Origin: the human T2T-CHM13v2.0 reference genome, Homo sapiens
Strand: one strand, 5' to 3'
Assembly (NCBI RefSeq): GCF_009914755.1
Contig: NC_060925.1
DNA: 64,000 bases
Shown here in pieces: positions 1 through 17,796 of this stretch. The notes beneath the pieces are model-generated. The model did not search any database. It was not told the origin of the DNA and was given only the letters and a program-made list of their open reading frames with translations. Made by a program: the position numbers and the translations under genes. Each line of letters begins with the position of its first letter. The first letter of the stretch is position 1.

Positions 1-310
<310 letters not shown>

Positions 311-859
311 CTATAGGTAAGAACACAGGAAGCTGTGATGTCATGCTGTGATAGGAGCCTGTGGGGTGCTATGGGGGTACGTAGGATAGACACCAACCGC
401 GAGAATTGAAAGGTGATTCAGAGTGGACAGGGGGACAACAAAGGAAGAAGGATGTTCTTAGGAGGGTAAAGAGCAAATGTTCAGAATGTGACATGTCCGA
501 GGAAGCCAAATTCACTGTAAATGAAGGTAAGGAATGAGGCTGGAGAGGTTAACTAGAGGCCAGATTTTACTTGACTGCGGAAGTGTTAAGAAGTTTGGAC
601 TTCCTGCTAAAAGTAGAGTAGTCATTAACAAGGTTCCGGTGGACAGCGAAAGTTGACATTTGCATTTTGGAGAGATTCTTTTGTTGCCAGAGGCATTGTA
701 TGACCAGAAAGTTTAGAACTTGGGTCTGGGGAGTGCTGGGCCATCTTCTTAGTTCTGAGTTATCATTTCCGGCTAGGGCATCAATTCTCCTAACTCGGGG
801 ACACAGACATTTGCACCAGTCTTTGGCAGTAATTATGTTTATTTTACTTTATTTTAAAA

Positions 860-1161
860 ATTTATTTATTTATTTATTGTAGATGGAGTCTTCCTCTGTT
901 GCCCAGGTTGGAGTGCAGTAGGACCATCTTGGCTCACTGCAACCTCCATCTCCTGGGTTCAAGCAATTCTTCTGCCTTAGCTTCCTGAGTAGCTGGAATT
1001 ACAGGCACCCGCGACCGTGCCCAACCAATTTTTGTATTTTTAGTAAAGATGGGGTTTCACCATGTTGGCCGGAGTGGTCTTGAACTCCTGACCTCAAGTG
1101 ATCTGCCCACCTCGGTCTCCCAAAGTACTGGGATTACAGGTGTGAACCACCACACCTGGCC
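860..1161 (-). mobile_element. Alu (S-type)
   Basis: Alu consensus, antisense. Confidence 0.93.
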
Positions 1162-1474
1162 CCCTGGCAGGAATTATGAAACAGACAGGAAAAAAGGAAG
1201 GGGATGTAGAGAGAAATATGCACAGATTTTTGGAGAGGCATTGCCTTTCAGAGAATGTTAGGTACAAAAAGCTGCTTTTTAATTTTAAAACAAGCTTTTA
1301 CATAATTGAAGTTAGAAAGAACAAAACAACACAGTTAAACTATCGAACAATTTAAGGAGAGTAAAACATTTGTGTACCAAGGTATGCAAATTTGGGTATA
1401 ATCATTAAAGAAACAAATTTACCAGGCCAGTAGAGGAACACAAACTGGGTAAAATTATTAAAGTATCAGTGTCA

Positions 1475-1776
<302 letters not shown>

Positions 1777-1909
1777 AAAGTATCAGTGTTAGTTGAGTTT
1801 TACTGAACTATTCATATTTGCATTTTGCTTTTTTAAAAAAATTATTGAGTAGGAAAATGATTTTTAGCCATGTCACAGAACCATAAAGCTGTGAATTAGG
1901 TTTAATTTT

Positions 1910-2232
1910 TATTATTTTTATTTTTTGAGCCAGAGTCTCACTCTGTGCCCAGGCTGGAGTGCAGCAGTGCAAACACTCCCTGCAGCCTTGATCCTGGGCT
2001 CTAGTGATCCTCCCGCCTCAGCCTCCAGAGTAGTTGGGGCCACAGGTGTGGCCTACGTGGTGTGCCACCATGTCCCACTACTGTTTAAAAAAACTTTTTT
2101 TTTTTTTTTTTTTTGTAGAGATGGCATCTTGCCATGTCTCCCAGGCTGGTCTCGAATTCTTGGGCTCAAGGGATACTTCCGCCTTGACCTCCCAAAGTGC
2201 TGGGATTACAGGTGTGAGCCACCATGCTCGGC
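1910..2232 (-). mobile_element. AluJ
   Basis: Diverged Alu, antisense. Confidence 0.9.
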
Positions 2233-2364
2233 TGAATTAGGTTGTAAAATTAATGTATGTAGTTCATTTTCTGTACTTCTGTTAATTCTCCATTCCTACG
2301 ACTGTCACACTAAACTGTTTTCTTTAAGAAGCTAGTGGGTCCTCTTCTGCTGTGTTGATTTTAG

Positions 2365-2546
2365 TGAGGTCCTGGAGCGAGTTTGCCTTCCAGCATCTGA
2401 AAGGGAGAAGGCACCGCTTCAGCTGGAGAGACCACTGGGGAAGCTGGGTCCCCATAGAACAAAGTATGAGTCAGGAGCAAGCAGGTGGGGGAAGCGTTCA
2501 GTGAAGAGGTGGCGAATGTAGGAATTGGTTGCATTCATGGCACATG
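2365..2546 (+). other. Candidate plus-strand non-coding exon (182 nt)
   Basis: Acceptor tcttctgctgtgttgattttag| and consensus donor ATG|gtaagt around a GC-richer unique island; stops in all three frames. Confidence 0.3.
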
Positions 2547-2788
2547 GTAAGTCCTGTGTGCCCAGTAGAAAAACTTGTCTTACCTAAGACAAAAGTCTTT
2601 CGTAAGAGGAATCTCAAAGCACTCACTCATTTATTCAACCAGTACTGACAAACTGCACCTGCATGCCAGGCACTGTCCTACCACTCACTGAGTGTGCATT
2701 GGTGAACAAAATGGGTCTAACCCTTGCCTCTGTGAAACTTACAGTCTAATGGGGAAGAAATATGATACATAATTAGCAGATATGTAAG

Positions 2789-3189
2789 TGTGATGGTTAA
2801 TAGCATCAACTTGATTGGATTGAAGGATACAGAGTATGGATCCTGGGTGTGTCTGTGAGGGTGTTGCCAAAGGAGATTCACATTTGAGTCAGTGGGCTGG
2901 GAAAGGCAGACCCACCGTTAATCTGGGTGAGCACAATCAAATCAGCTGCCAGCAAGGCAAGAATATAAACAGGCAGAAACATGTGAAAAGAGAGACTGGC
3001 CTAGCCTCCCAGCCTTAGTCTTTCTCCCGTGCTGGATGCTTCCTGCCCTCGAACATCGGACTCCAAGTTCTTCAGTTTTGGAACTTGGACTGGCTCTGCT
3101 TGCTCCTCAGCCTGCAGATGGCCTGTTGTGGGACCTTGTGATGATGTGAGTTAATACTTAATAAACTCCCATATATATATATATATACG

Positions 3190-3224
<35 letters not shown>

Positions 3225-3276
3225 GTATATATATATTCCATGAGTTCTGTCCCTCTAGAGTACCGTAACTAATACA
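2789..3276 (+). mobile_element. MLT2A-type (HERV-L) solo LTR with internal (TA)n
   Basis: TG...CA termini (tgtgatggttaa ... taataca), MLT2 motif caacttgattggattgaagg, exact 5-bp TSD GTAAG (2784-2788 and 3277-3281). Confidence 0.9.
3171..3236. repeat. (TA)n microsatellite, imperfect
   Basis: About 65 bp of tatata with gt/cg interruptions. Confidence 0.95.
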
Positions 3277-3669
3277 GTAAGTCATTCTAAAAGTAGTGTG
3301 CTCTCAGAAAGTCCTGAAACAGAGGGCAATGGGGTGGTGGCGGGAGATGAGTTTTTAGACTGAGTGGACAGGGAAGGCAACCTTGGGGGAGATGACATGT
3401 CGAGACCTGAAGTGTGAGAAGGAGCTGTCCAGGTGAAAGCCTGGGGAAAGTACACTTTGGGTACAGAAACAGCAGGAATAAAGGCCAGAAAATAGGAGAG
3501 AACTTGGTGTGTTGGAGAAACTTGGAGGAGGTCAGTCTGAAATCACGTAGGAAGCTATTGCCTGTGTCTAAGTGAGAACTGATGGCTTGAGGGAGAGTTG
3601 TGGTACTTGGAATGGAGCAGAGCAAAAAGGTTCCACGAACACTGATCCTAGGTTTACATTTTGGATTTA

Positions 3670-4242
<573 letters not shown>

Positions 4243-4778
4243 TCATTTCAGCAGTCCTGTGGAAAATGTGGGTAGAGATGGGCAACCTGGTTTCATACTA
4301 CTCAAGAAAGCTTGTGCAGAGATCCCTGTGGTTAGTAACCTGGATTCTAGGGATGAAGGGCAGCTCACTCAGAGGCTCAGCTCTTTGGTCTTCAGCCACT
4401 GAGGTTAACAGAAACAGTGGCTGGCTGGCAGTCTTATTTTGGGAAATACAGGTTCCTATCCATGATCTGTCTCTTGGAGTCAACAACATTGCAAAAGCAA
4501 CAGATATCTAATGGAGACACCACTAGAACTCAGGACTTTGGGTTTAATACTCCTTTTATAAGAAAGGATATAAATTTCAAATCATTTATGAAGGTCAGAT
4601 GAATATTGATTGATCCTTGAATTAAATTTGCCAATGCATCTGGAACCATAATTTCTTTTGAGTTGTTTCTGACCTCTTCCTCAGTCCATCTAAGACTGTG
4701 GGATTAAAGTAATCTTCTTTCCAAATTATACTTTTAAAAATAATGACTGTAAATGCCTGATATCTTAAAGGTGTCAGA

Positions 4779-5083
4779 TTTTTTTTTTTTTTTTTTTTTT
4801 TTTGAGATAGAGCCTTGCTCTGTCGCCCAGGCTGGAGTGCAGCGGCAATTTCAGCTGACTGCAACCTCTGCTGCCTGGGTTCAAGTGATTCTCATGCCTC
4901 AGCCTCCCGAGTAGCTGGGACTACAAGCGCCCGCTGCCACAATTGGCTAATGTTTGTATTTTCAGTAGAGACAGGGTTTCACCATGTTGGCCAGGCTGGT
5001 CTCCAATTCCTGACTTCAAGTGATCCACCTGCTTCAGCCTCCCAAAGTGCTGGGATTACAGGCTTGAGCCACCGCGCCCAGCC
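4779..5083 (-). mobile_element. Alu
   Basis: Alu consensus with long T tract. Confidence 0.93.
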
Positions 5084-5746
5084 AGATTTTTTTTTTTTCC
5101 TAGAACAGGCGTGTGTGTGTAATTAAGACACATGACCATTCCTGTGTTGTTTTCTCTTGTAAAATAAGTGTAATTAAGTCATTAACCTTAGGGAGCTGTG
5201 ATTCATAAAAACTGGGAAAAAAATGTAACAAAATCTTAGTTTTCACTGACTTAGAAATATAATAAAATCGACTTCCTATTAGTGCACACCATCCTGAGGC
5301 ATCAGAAGGTACCCCAGGACATCCATGGTAACCATTACATTCATTCAACAAACATTTACTGAGTATCTTACTACATATATTTCTAATGGTTTCTACTTTT
5401 TCAAAGTAAAATCCAGAAAAATTTCTAGTCATTTGAACTTTGCTTCTATTTGAAGTTTTCTTTAATTCTTTATATGCATTTGTCCTGTCTCATTAGAGTA
5501 TATGATCCTAGTGAAGATTATGATTTCTTTTGTATCTCTTATAGCACACAGCACCACTGTTGACTGTCTTGGCCATAAGCTTAAACTATAGGATGGAAAA
5601 TTCAGGTGGATACAAACAGCCTAATTGATATAAAAATGGAAAAGAAGCCTCATCAGACCAAGGCTGTAGATTCTACCTCCTTAAAATTTTTCGAGAATCA
5701 AATAAACTCTTTGAACCAGTATTTTTACCAGCACTCTAAGGAAATA

Positions 5747-6051
<305 letters not shown>

Positions 6052-6234
6052 TCACAATACAGAAAGCTTTATACCCAAAGAGGTTCAATATGGTGTTATT
6101 CATAAGAGTGAAAAACTGGCCTGGTAGTAGGACAACTGGCCAAGTAAAATACAGACTATCTATTCATATGCTAATGAGAATTTTATAATTAGGAGTAATA
6201 TGATTATGAACATTTTGTAATTGAGAATAATGCC

Positions 6235-6445
6235 TAATAATAGCTAACACTTTTGTGGCATTTACTAAGAACTAGATACTGTTCTAAGGCTTGACATATA
6301 TTAACTTAACTTTCACAACAACCCTACGAGGTACATCCTATCGTTGTACCCAGTTTACAAGGTGAGGTTAGGTCATGTGCTCAAAGTCACACAGCTAGGA
6401 ACTAGATTCCAACCTAGGCAGTTAGTTTCCTTTTAACCACCACAA
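6235..6445 (-). mobile_element. MIR
   Basis: aatagctaacact...cacaacaaccctacgaggt...aagtcacacagctag core. Confidence 0.75.
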
Positions 6446-6488
6446 ATTCTTTCATGATCATGTTCAGTGAAAAAAGTCAAACACAGTA

Positions 6489-6593
6489 CCTGGCTGACAA
6501 AACAATCTGTACAACAAATTTCTGTGACATAAGTTTACCTATAACACAAACCTGCACATGTACCCCGAACCTAAAATAAAAGTTTTTTAAAAA
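6489..6593 (+). mobile_element. L1 (old L1PA/L1PB) 3' terminal fragment
   Basis: aatctgtacaacaaa...aaacctgcacatgtaccccgaacctaaaataaaag. Confidence 0.8.
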
Positions 6594-6630
6594 GTAGAAT
6601 ACAAAATTGAGTATGGAATATCTATCCTCA

Positions 6631-7180
6631 TGTTATCAGTTAGGACTTTTTTTTAGTGACAGGAAACCCAACTCAAATTGGATAAATAAAAAAAGGAATT
6701 CAGTGGATCAGTACTGGAGAAGACTAGGATGTCGCTGCACACATTGCTTTGTTCACATGTTCAGATGACATCATGCAGGGCAAGACTTTCTCTAACTTTT
6801 GGCTTTATCCATGTTTGTGTTGACTTCATTTTGAGGTTCCTTGGTGGCATGATGGCTGCCAGCAAACCCTGGGATCATCTAATTAAAAATTTTAAAAACA
6901 ACTTATTTAATAGTTTGAACAAAAACCCTGGGCCTGATTCTCACAAATCGAAACTGAAGGCCAGGGGAGTGCAATGTTCCAATTGGCCAAGCCTGAATGT
7001 GGGACCTCATTTGGAACCATGGGGGGAGAATCAAATCCATCTGAGGCTCAAGTGCAGAGGAGGACCAAGAGTAGAGGAGGACTAAGAGTAGAGGAGGTGA
7101 TAGCTTCCCAGAGTAAGACTGAAGAATGGACTAGGAAAAAAAGGAAATGGATATTGTCAGCATACATCAAGTGTCCACAA
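6631..7180 (-). mobile_element. Old MaLR (MLT1-type) LTR remnant
   Basis: tcagttaggact...gtgacaggaaacccaactcaaattgg start motif; highly diverged. Confidence 0.5.
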
Positions 7181-7545
7181 CAGCCATTTTCTTATGTACA
7201 TCATTTGACTCTGTTCACTTACAAATTTCTTAAAGTTTTCTGTTCTTTGACCTCGGTAACACTACACGTCACACCTTTTGATACCTCTCCTCAGTCCTGC
7301 TCGGTCATTTATTCTTCTCTTCCTTGTATGCTTAGATGTTGGCGTCTTCGAGGCTTTCTTTACTTATTCCTTAGTTTAGTCATCTCATTCTATTCCTGAG
7401 CTTTTATTATGATGTCTATGTAAATTACACCAAAATCTAATTGTAGTCCCATTTTCTCTCCTGGCCTGTAGTCCCTTTGTTTTTTTTCTCCTGGCCTTTA
7501 ATCCCATATTTTTAATTTCTTACCAGTGCATCTCTCCTGGATATT

Positions 7546-7970
7546 TGTTGCAGACTGGCTTCTTGGCAAGCAGTCTTTGAGATGGAGATGAACATGGAGG
7601 ACATTTATTAGAGTGTTGAAGGAAGGGTGAGGAAAAAGAATTGGGCAGAGGGAGAAGTTAAGTTGTGATCCATGTACGACATAGGCCTTAGCTAACTACA
7701 TGCAAAGCTCTGGAACAGGATTGACCCTTTGGAGTTGTCCTAACTTGGGCAAGAGAGCTGGACCTTTTTTCCTCTAACTCTTATTGGTCAGTCATTGATA
7801 TGGCTTGCCTTTGGAAGGAAGAGTAAGCTTGGAAAAGGCAGTTTTCTTCAGCTGAGTCACTCTCCAAACAGGGTTGACAGCTAAGGGCCATGTTCTGGCA
7901 GCATTCCCAGGAGCTTGAGGAATAAGGCTTTTCATAACTCATTGGGGATCTGGGTAGCTCATCATGGAAA
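7546..7970 (-). mobile_element. LTR16-like (ERVL) LTR
   Basis: gcagtctttgagatggagat...ttgggcagagggagaagtt...gagttgtcctaacttgggc motifs. Confidence 0.6.
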
Positions 7971-8009
7971 CTTCCTTTTGTTCTCTCTGTTGTTAGTTTA
8001 TCCTTCCTC

Positions 8010-10050
<2,041 letters not shown>

Positions 10051-10182
10051 TCTTTGGGACTTTATTTGTGAGAAGTCAAGGATTGGAGTTGGTTTATGCT
10101 AGACACCTAGAGCCACTTTTAGCCAGATCACTTCAATAAACTAAATTTTTGGCTAGAAGTGTTTTTTGGGCCAGCACACAGG

Positions 10183-10184
<2 letters not shown>

Positions 10185-10223
<39 letters not shown>
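10185..10223. repeat. (TC)n microsatellite in the tail of a minus-strand Alu (Alu about 10185-10514)
   Basis: Perfect tctctc run. Confidence 0.95.
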
Positions 10224-10228
<5 letters not shown>

Positions 10229-10232
10229 TTGA

Positions 10233-10533
<301 letters not shown>

Positions 10534-10749
10534 TAAGGATGAACTTTTGGTGAAGAATTCTCAGGGAAACTTTTTTCTTTCTATCACAGCCAAGACATGA
10601 GTAAGCAAGTATTCCCTCTATCCCCTTCTTCAGGGCAAACATTTTCTAGGGTCCCAACTTTATGCAGCCTTTCTTTTGGCATCCCACTCGATTAGGTCCC
10701 AGGCTTTGTCTCCCAAATCCCACAAACTCAACCTACTAAAACTCAAGGC

Positions 10750-10965
10750 TAAGCATCAGCAAACTTTTTCTGTCAGGGGCCAGATGTAAACGTTGTAGGC
10801 TTTGTGGGCCATATGGTTTCTCTCACAACTACTCATCTCTGTGGTTGTAATATGAAAGCAGCCATAGACAATACATAAATTAATAGGAGTGGTTGTGTTC
10901 CAATAAAACTTTATTTACAACAATGTGTGACAAGCTGGATGTGGCCCACAGTTTGCTGACTCCTG
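10750..10965 (+). mobile_element. MER58A-like hAT DNA transposon (MITE)
   Basis: Terminal inverted repeats tcagcaaact / agtttgctga; internal gtgttccaataaaactttatttaca motif. Confidence 0.85.
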
Positions 10966-11143
10966 CTCTAGGCCATCGGGAATTGGCAGATGCCCTCAGG
11001 GAAGATGCCAACTTCATCATTTTCTTGCCCAGTTGGTGTCATGCTTTCTCTCTCTGTCATGCCTCTGAGGATTTCACTTACTATTTTGTCAGTTCAGTCA
11101 TACCTTTATAAAGATTTAAAAAATATTTTGCTTGCAGTGTTGA

Positions 11144-11434
<291 letters not shown>

Positions 11435-11761
11435 CGGAGTTACCAGTTTTTGAGAGGAAGACCACAAAGGTAAAATTCCATTTTCATGACATCGTATCAT
11501 GGATAAATGCAGTAACATGATTTATCACCATTGATGTTGACCTTGATCACCTTGCTGAGAAATACGTAGCCTTCTAAGGCCTACATAAACATAATCAGTG
11601 ATGTTCAGGTCAACTATTCTGAACAAAATTTGAAGGGTTGAGTCATTGAATCACCATGAAATCTACAACAGAAAACTGTCATATTCATTGCAATTCATGA
11701 ACCCAAATACATATATTGATGGGACTTCTTTAAGCATAAGTTTAATTTGGTATAGTGTGAG

Positions 11762-11927
11762 AGCCGGACGTGGTGGTGTACACCTGTAGTCCCAGCTACT
11801 TGTGAGGTTGATGTGGGAAGATTGCTTGAGCTCGGGAATCCAAGGCTGTAGCACACCATGATGGAGGCTGTGAATAGCCACTGCACTCCTGCCAGGGCAA
11901 CATAATGAGACACCCATCTCTAAAAAA
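11762..11927 (+). mobile_element. FAM (fossil Alu monomer, 7SL-derived)
   Basis: Monomer retaining the 7SL segment ctgtgaatagccactgcactcc, which dimeric Alus lack; short A tail. Confidence 0.85.
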
Positions 11928-11970
11928 CGATACAAGTATGCAGTGTGTTTTTGGTGATGCTGTGAACTAG

Positions 11971-12291
<321 letters not shown>

Positions 12292-12311
12292 TAAGATCTG
12301 TTCTTTAATGC

Positions 12312-12657
<346 letters not shown>

Positions 12658-12849
12658 TCAGATATAGTCCTTGATTTTCTAGAATTGTTTTGCAAAGGAA
12701 CACATCTTCTCTAGAAATGATTTAGCTGTCCGATGACACTGATTCTTGTTTCCATTCACTGAATAAGCCTTTTGAATGTTTGAACGGTTAAATTTTCCGC
12801 AACCTATTTAATCTTTTCCAGCAGCCAATAAAAAAGTTTAGTAAAATGA

Positions 12850-13206
<357 letters not shown>

Positions 13207-13685
13207 TTAGTCATACATCCGGCACCCACACGATACCTTGTCATTTTCAGAAGAAATCTGATGCCCAATTAGTGTGTTTTAATTTAGCCAGTGATTTTCC
13301 ATCTGGCTCTAATGTGTATTCTGGAGGGTGGACTAATATGGAGTTCAATGGTTTGTTAGGTTTTGAGATGGAGTTATTGGCTACAAAGAACATTTCACAG
13401 AAGCAGGACTTCATAGATTCTGAGTTTTTCCCCTTGTTTTGGTTAGTTGCAGGATGAATGGGGACAGAAGAAGCAGATGCTACTTATTTTGCGATTACAT
13501 GCCTTAATATAAATAGTTTAAAATGAGGAAAAACCTTTACAAAAATAGATGACAGAGCAAACTGTTTTCTTGTCTAGCGAAATTTCTGGCAAATAGGTAA
13601 ATGCTTTGTTATTCTAGGATATAAGTCACAGATTTTAGATAAGCATATTTTGCACAAATAACAAGTTCTCTTTTTAAAAGTTTTA

Positions 13686-13996
13686 GGCCGGGCGTGGTGG
13701 CGCATGCCTGTAATGCCAGCACTTTGGGCGGCCGAGGTGGGCGGATCACTTGAGGCCAGGAGTTGAGACTATCCTGGCCAACATGGTGAAACCCCGTTTC
13801 TACTAAAAATACAAAAATTAGCAGTATGGTGGCGCACTCACGTAGTCCCAGCTACTCGGGAGGCTGAGCAAAAGAATTGCTTGAACCCAGGAGATGAAGG
13901 TTGCAGTGAGCCGAGATCGCGCCATTGCACTGCAGCCTGGGTGACACAGAGACTGTCTCAAACAAGAAACAAAAAACAAAAAACAAACAAAAAAAA
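13686..13996 (+). mobile_element. Alu
   Basis: Alu consensus. Confidence 0.93.
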
Positions 13997-15556
13997 GTTT
14001 TGTCATTTTTGCAGATACATACACAGAGAGAGAGAGAAAGAGATCGATCTTGTCAACTTTTAAGACTTCCCTGTGTTGAGTACATTCATATACTAATATT
14101 GAAATTAATGATTAAATTCAACCCACAGAAAAATCTAAGACTAAATAAGCCTATTATAAAATTGAAGTTTTCAGTAAGGGTGTTGATTCCTATTATAAAA
14201 ATAGAGGAGATTCCAGAAGTAAGGGCTCCTGGACAAAATATTCTGTTTTCCATTTTGTGGAATGGATTGTTTCAGTCCATTTCCAACAGGTTCGCATTCT
14301 GTTTTCATGTTAGGTTTTCTGACCTTCAGTGGTTTTGTTTTCATGTACTTGAGCATATGGTCCCAGACAGCTGACATTGTTCATGTCCTTTACTTCCCTA
14401 AGAATTACACAACCTTCCCAGGCTTTCTCATCTCCAGCAGTTTTGTCACATTGCTGAGTAACGTCCACCCTTGGTAATCTCTTAACATTATTTCCATTCT
14501 GTATGTAGACAACAAATTAGCATTTATGACCTAGGTTTTCTGTTTTTCATGAAGGTATCAGACAATCTCAAATGTCTGTGGAATGTTACGCTTGACTAGG
14601 AAGGTGTAAATTGTTTCTTTTGATAGTTCTTAATTTCAAATGATTATGAATTCATTATTTTTAATGAGAGAAAGGTGATTGTATACCTGCAAAACTTTTA
14701 AACATCGACCTTTGGTAAAACACAATTCCAATTGTGTTTAATCATGACTACTTAGATACAACTGAACAAGCCCCAGGCACAGAAGTTACGACTAAAACAT
14801 TCAGCCCTTCCAGGAACAGAACCAGAAATTTCTCCATATGTCTGTAGACGCTGAACTTCAGGATGTCTGTGAATATTTTCTGTGTTCCACTGTCCCCTCG
14901 AGTTTGTTTCCCAGCCATGGAAAATGCCCATGAGAAAGAGTTGTGCAATTGCTAACTGTTAGTCACTTTATATTTCCTGTATCCCCTATTTAATTTCCCT
15001 GGTAGCTGGCAATAACATCTAGGATTTAAGTTGCTGAAGGGTATTTGGGAAAACCCACATAAATGTCTAAGATGAGGTTTGGCAAGCAATGAATCTTGGT
15101 GACATAACAATATTATAACTAGAGATTTCATCAGACAGAGGAGACAGGAAATCCCTGACACTGCCAAACACCCACTTAAACTCATTTGAGTCCGAGGACC
15201 ATCGTTTGTTAAAAATGGATTTTACACAGTTTTTAATTTGATGAGGCTGCTGAAATAAAAATTTGGACCTGAATTTTAGATGCAATGAGATTTCTCAAAG
15301 GGACTTTGGGAAAAAAGAAAAGAAAGAAAAGAAAAAAAGAACTTATGTAAAGTTCCCGTAAGGAGAGCAACAGCTGCTATGGAATAGCCAAGCCCTGCTC
15401 CACCAGGAAGGGGCCTGAGCTTTGGCAAGGATACACTTAGCCTGACCAATCCAGAGACTCAGCCTCCACTACCAGTGGGATGACGGATTTCCCAGTCGTA
15501 CTTTTCTCACACCCAAGAACCTAATGGACATAATTTTAAGTTTAAGGCAGCATTAT

Positions 15557-15905
15557 CTATGGGCACAAAAATAATTAGAAAGGATAAATAAGATCTAGTA
15601 CTTGATAGCACAACAGGGTGACTACAGTCAATAATAATTTAATTCTACAGTTTAAAATAACTAAAGACCCCCTCCCATGCCATTACCTTCAGACTTCTCA
15701 ACCCCTCCCTGCAAAAAAGAAAAAATAATAACTAAAAGAGTATAATTGGATTGTTTGTAACACAAAGGATAAACACTTGAGGTGATGAATACCTCATTTA
15801 CCCTGATGTGATTATTACACACTGTAGGCCTGTACCAAAATTTTTCATGTACCCCATAAATATATATACCTACTATGTACCCACAAAAATTAAAAATTAA
15901 AAAAA
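15557..15905 (+). mobile_element. L1MA-type 3' end containing a short foreign insert
   Basis: gatagcacaacagggtgactacagtcaataataattt...tacctactatgtacccacaaaaattaaaaatt. Confidence 0.85.
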
Positions 15906-16178
15906 TACAGCAGTATCTAAATGGAGGTATTATAGTTATCTTTTCCACTGTGAATTCACTGGTCTGAATTTTATCCCAGCCTAGATATTGTTTAATAGTT
16001 TGTAAGTTTTAACTGCTTCAAGGTAATTTTTGTTCATGTTTTGTTTTCACTGTAGTCTTGCTCAACACATATGATCAGATTCTGTTCTAGAATTTGTTAA
16101 CTTTTTATTAGAGGGGCATGTACACTTGAAATCTATTGTCCTATTCTTTACTTTTCTCAAGCTATGCCTGCCAATTCT

Positions 16179-16946
16179 TTTTTGTTTGTTTGATTTTTTT
16201 TGTTTGTTTGTTTTTATTATACTTTAAGTTCTAGGGTACATGTGCACAATGTGCAGGTTTGTTACCTATGTATACGTGTGCCATGTTGGTGTGCTGCACC
16301 CATTAACTCGTCATTTACATTAGGTATATCTCCTAATGCTATCCCTCCCCCCTTCCCCCACCCCATGACAGGCCCCGGTGTGTGATGTTCCCCACCCTGT
16401 GTCCAAGTGTTCTCATTGTTCAGTTCCCACCTATGAGTGGGAACATGCGGCGTTTGGTTTTCTGTCCTTGTGATAGTTTGCTCAGAATGATGTTTTCCAG
16501 CTTCATCCATGTCCCTACAAAGGACATGAACTCATCCTTTTTTATGGCTGCATAGTATTCCATGGTGTATATGTGCCACATTTTCTTAATTGAGTCTATC
16601 ATTGATGGACATTTGGGTTGGTTCCAAGTCTTTGCTATTGTGAATAGTGCCACAATAAACATACGTGTGCATGTATCTTTATAGCAGCATGATTTATAAT
16701 CCTTTGAGTATATACCCAGTAATGGGATGGCTGGGTCAAATGGTATTTCCAGTTCTAGATCCTTGAGGTATCGCCACACTGTCTTCCACAGTGGTTGAAC
16801 TAGTTTACAGTCCCACCAACAGTGTAAAAGTGTTCCTATTTCTCCACATCCTCTCCAGCACCTAGTTTCCTGACTTTTTAATGATCGCCATTCTAACTGG
16901 TGTGAGATGGTATCTCATTGTGGTTTTGATTTGCATTTCTCTGATG
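16179..16946 (-). mobile_element. 5'-truncated L1PA (about PA4-PA6): ORF2 C-terminus plus 3'UTR
   Basis: ORF 16420..16779 is the L1 ORF2 C-terminus (DPAIPLLGIY...WNQPKCPS...YTMEYYAAIKK); exact 16-bp TSD tatgcctgccaattct at 16163-16178 and 16947-16962. Confidence 0.95.
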
Positions 16947-17472
16947 TATGCCTGCCAATTCTGTTGTACTTATTGTATCATCCTGGCTAGCTACTTTCTT
17001 TGTCAAATTCTTTGATATTTAATTCTATCACTTTGATAAGTATTGAGGTCATCCATTACCATGATATATGTCTATTTATTCCATTTCCACTATTTCAGAG
17101 ATTTTTATTATATGAATTGGATCATGAATTGAGTGTTACATTTGTATGATTTAATATTTTACCATTATTTGGCAATTTTATCTGCTGATGCTCCTTGCTA
17201 TGGGCTTTGATTTAATCTCATACCACAGCGATCAGTTCTGCTCCTCCTCAGTTTGCACGATACCTTAGCCTGAAGACCATCATCTTACTTCAAAGGTTGG
17301 CATCTGTTTGTGTTTTCATAACTCCTGTAGACAGCAGATGACTGGGTTTTGCTGTATAGTGAGGTCTAGTGTATTTGTTCATAGTGTTATATGTAACTTA
17401 TCTCCACATTTACATCTTTAGCCCCACTCCCTGGACTCCAGGTCTTGGATGTCTAATAGGTATCTGTATTAG

Positions 17473-17786
<314 letters not shown>

Positions 17787-17796
17787 AGACATTTCT

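Noticed and set aside
16420-16779. ORF with clear protein homology (also 36834..37304)
   Set aside because: C-terminal fragment of L1 ORF2 in 5'-truncated, non-autonomous L1 copies.
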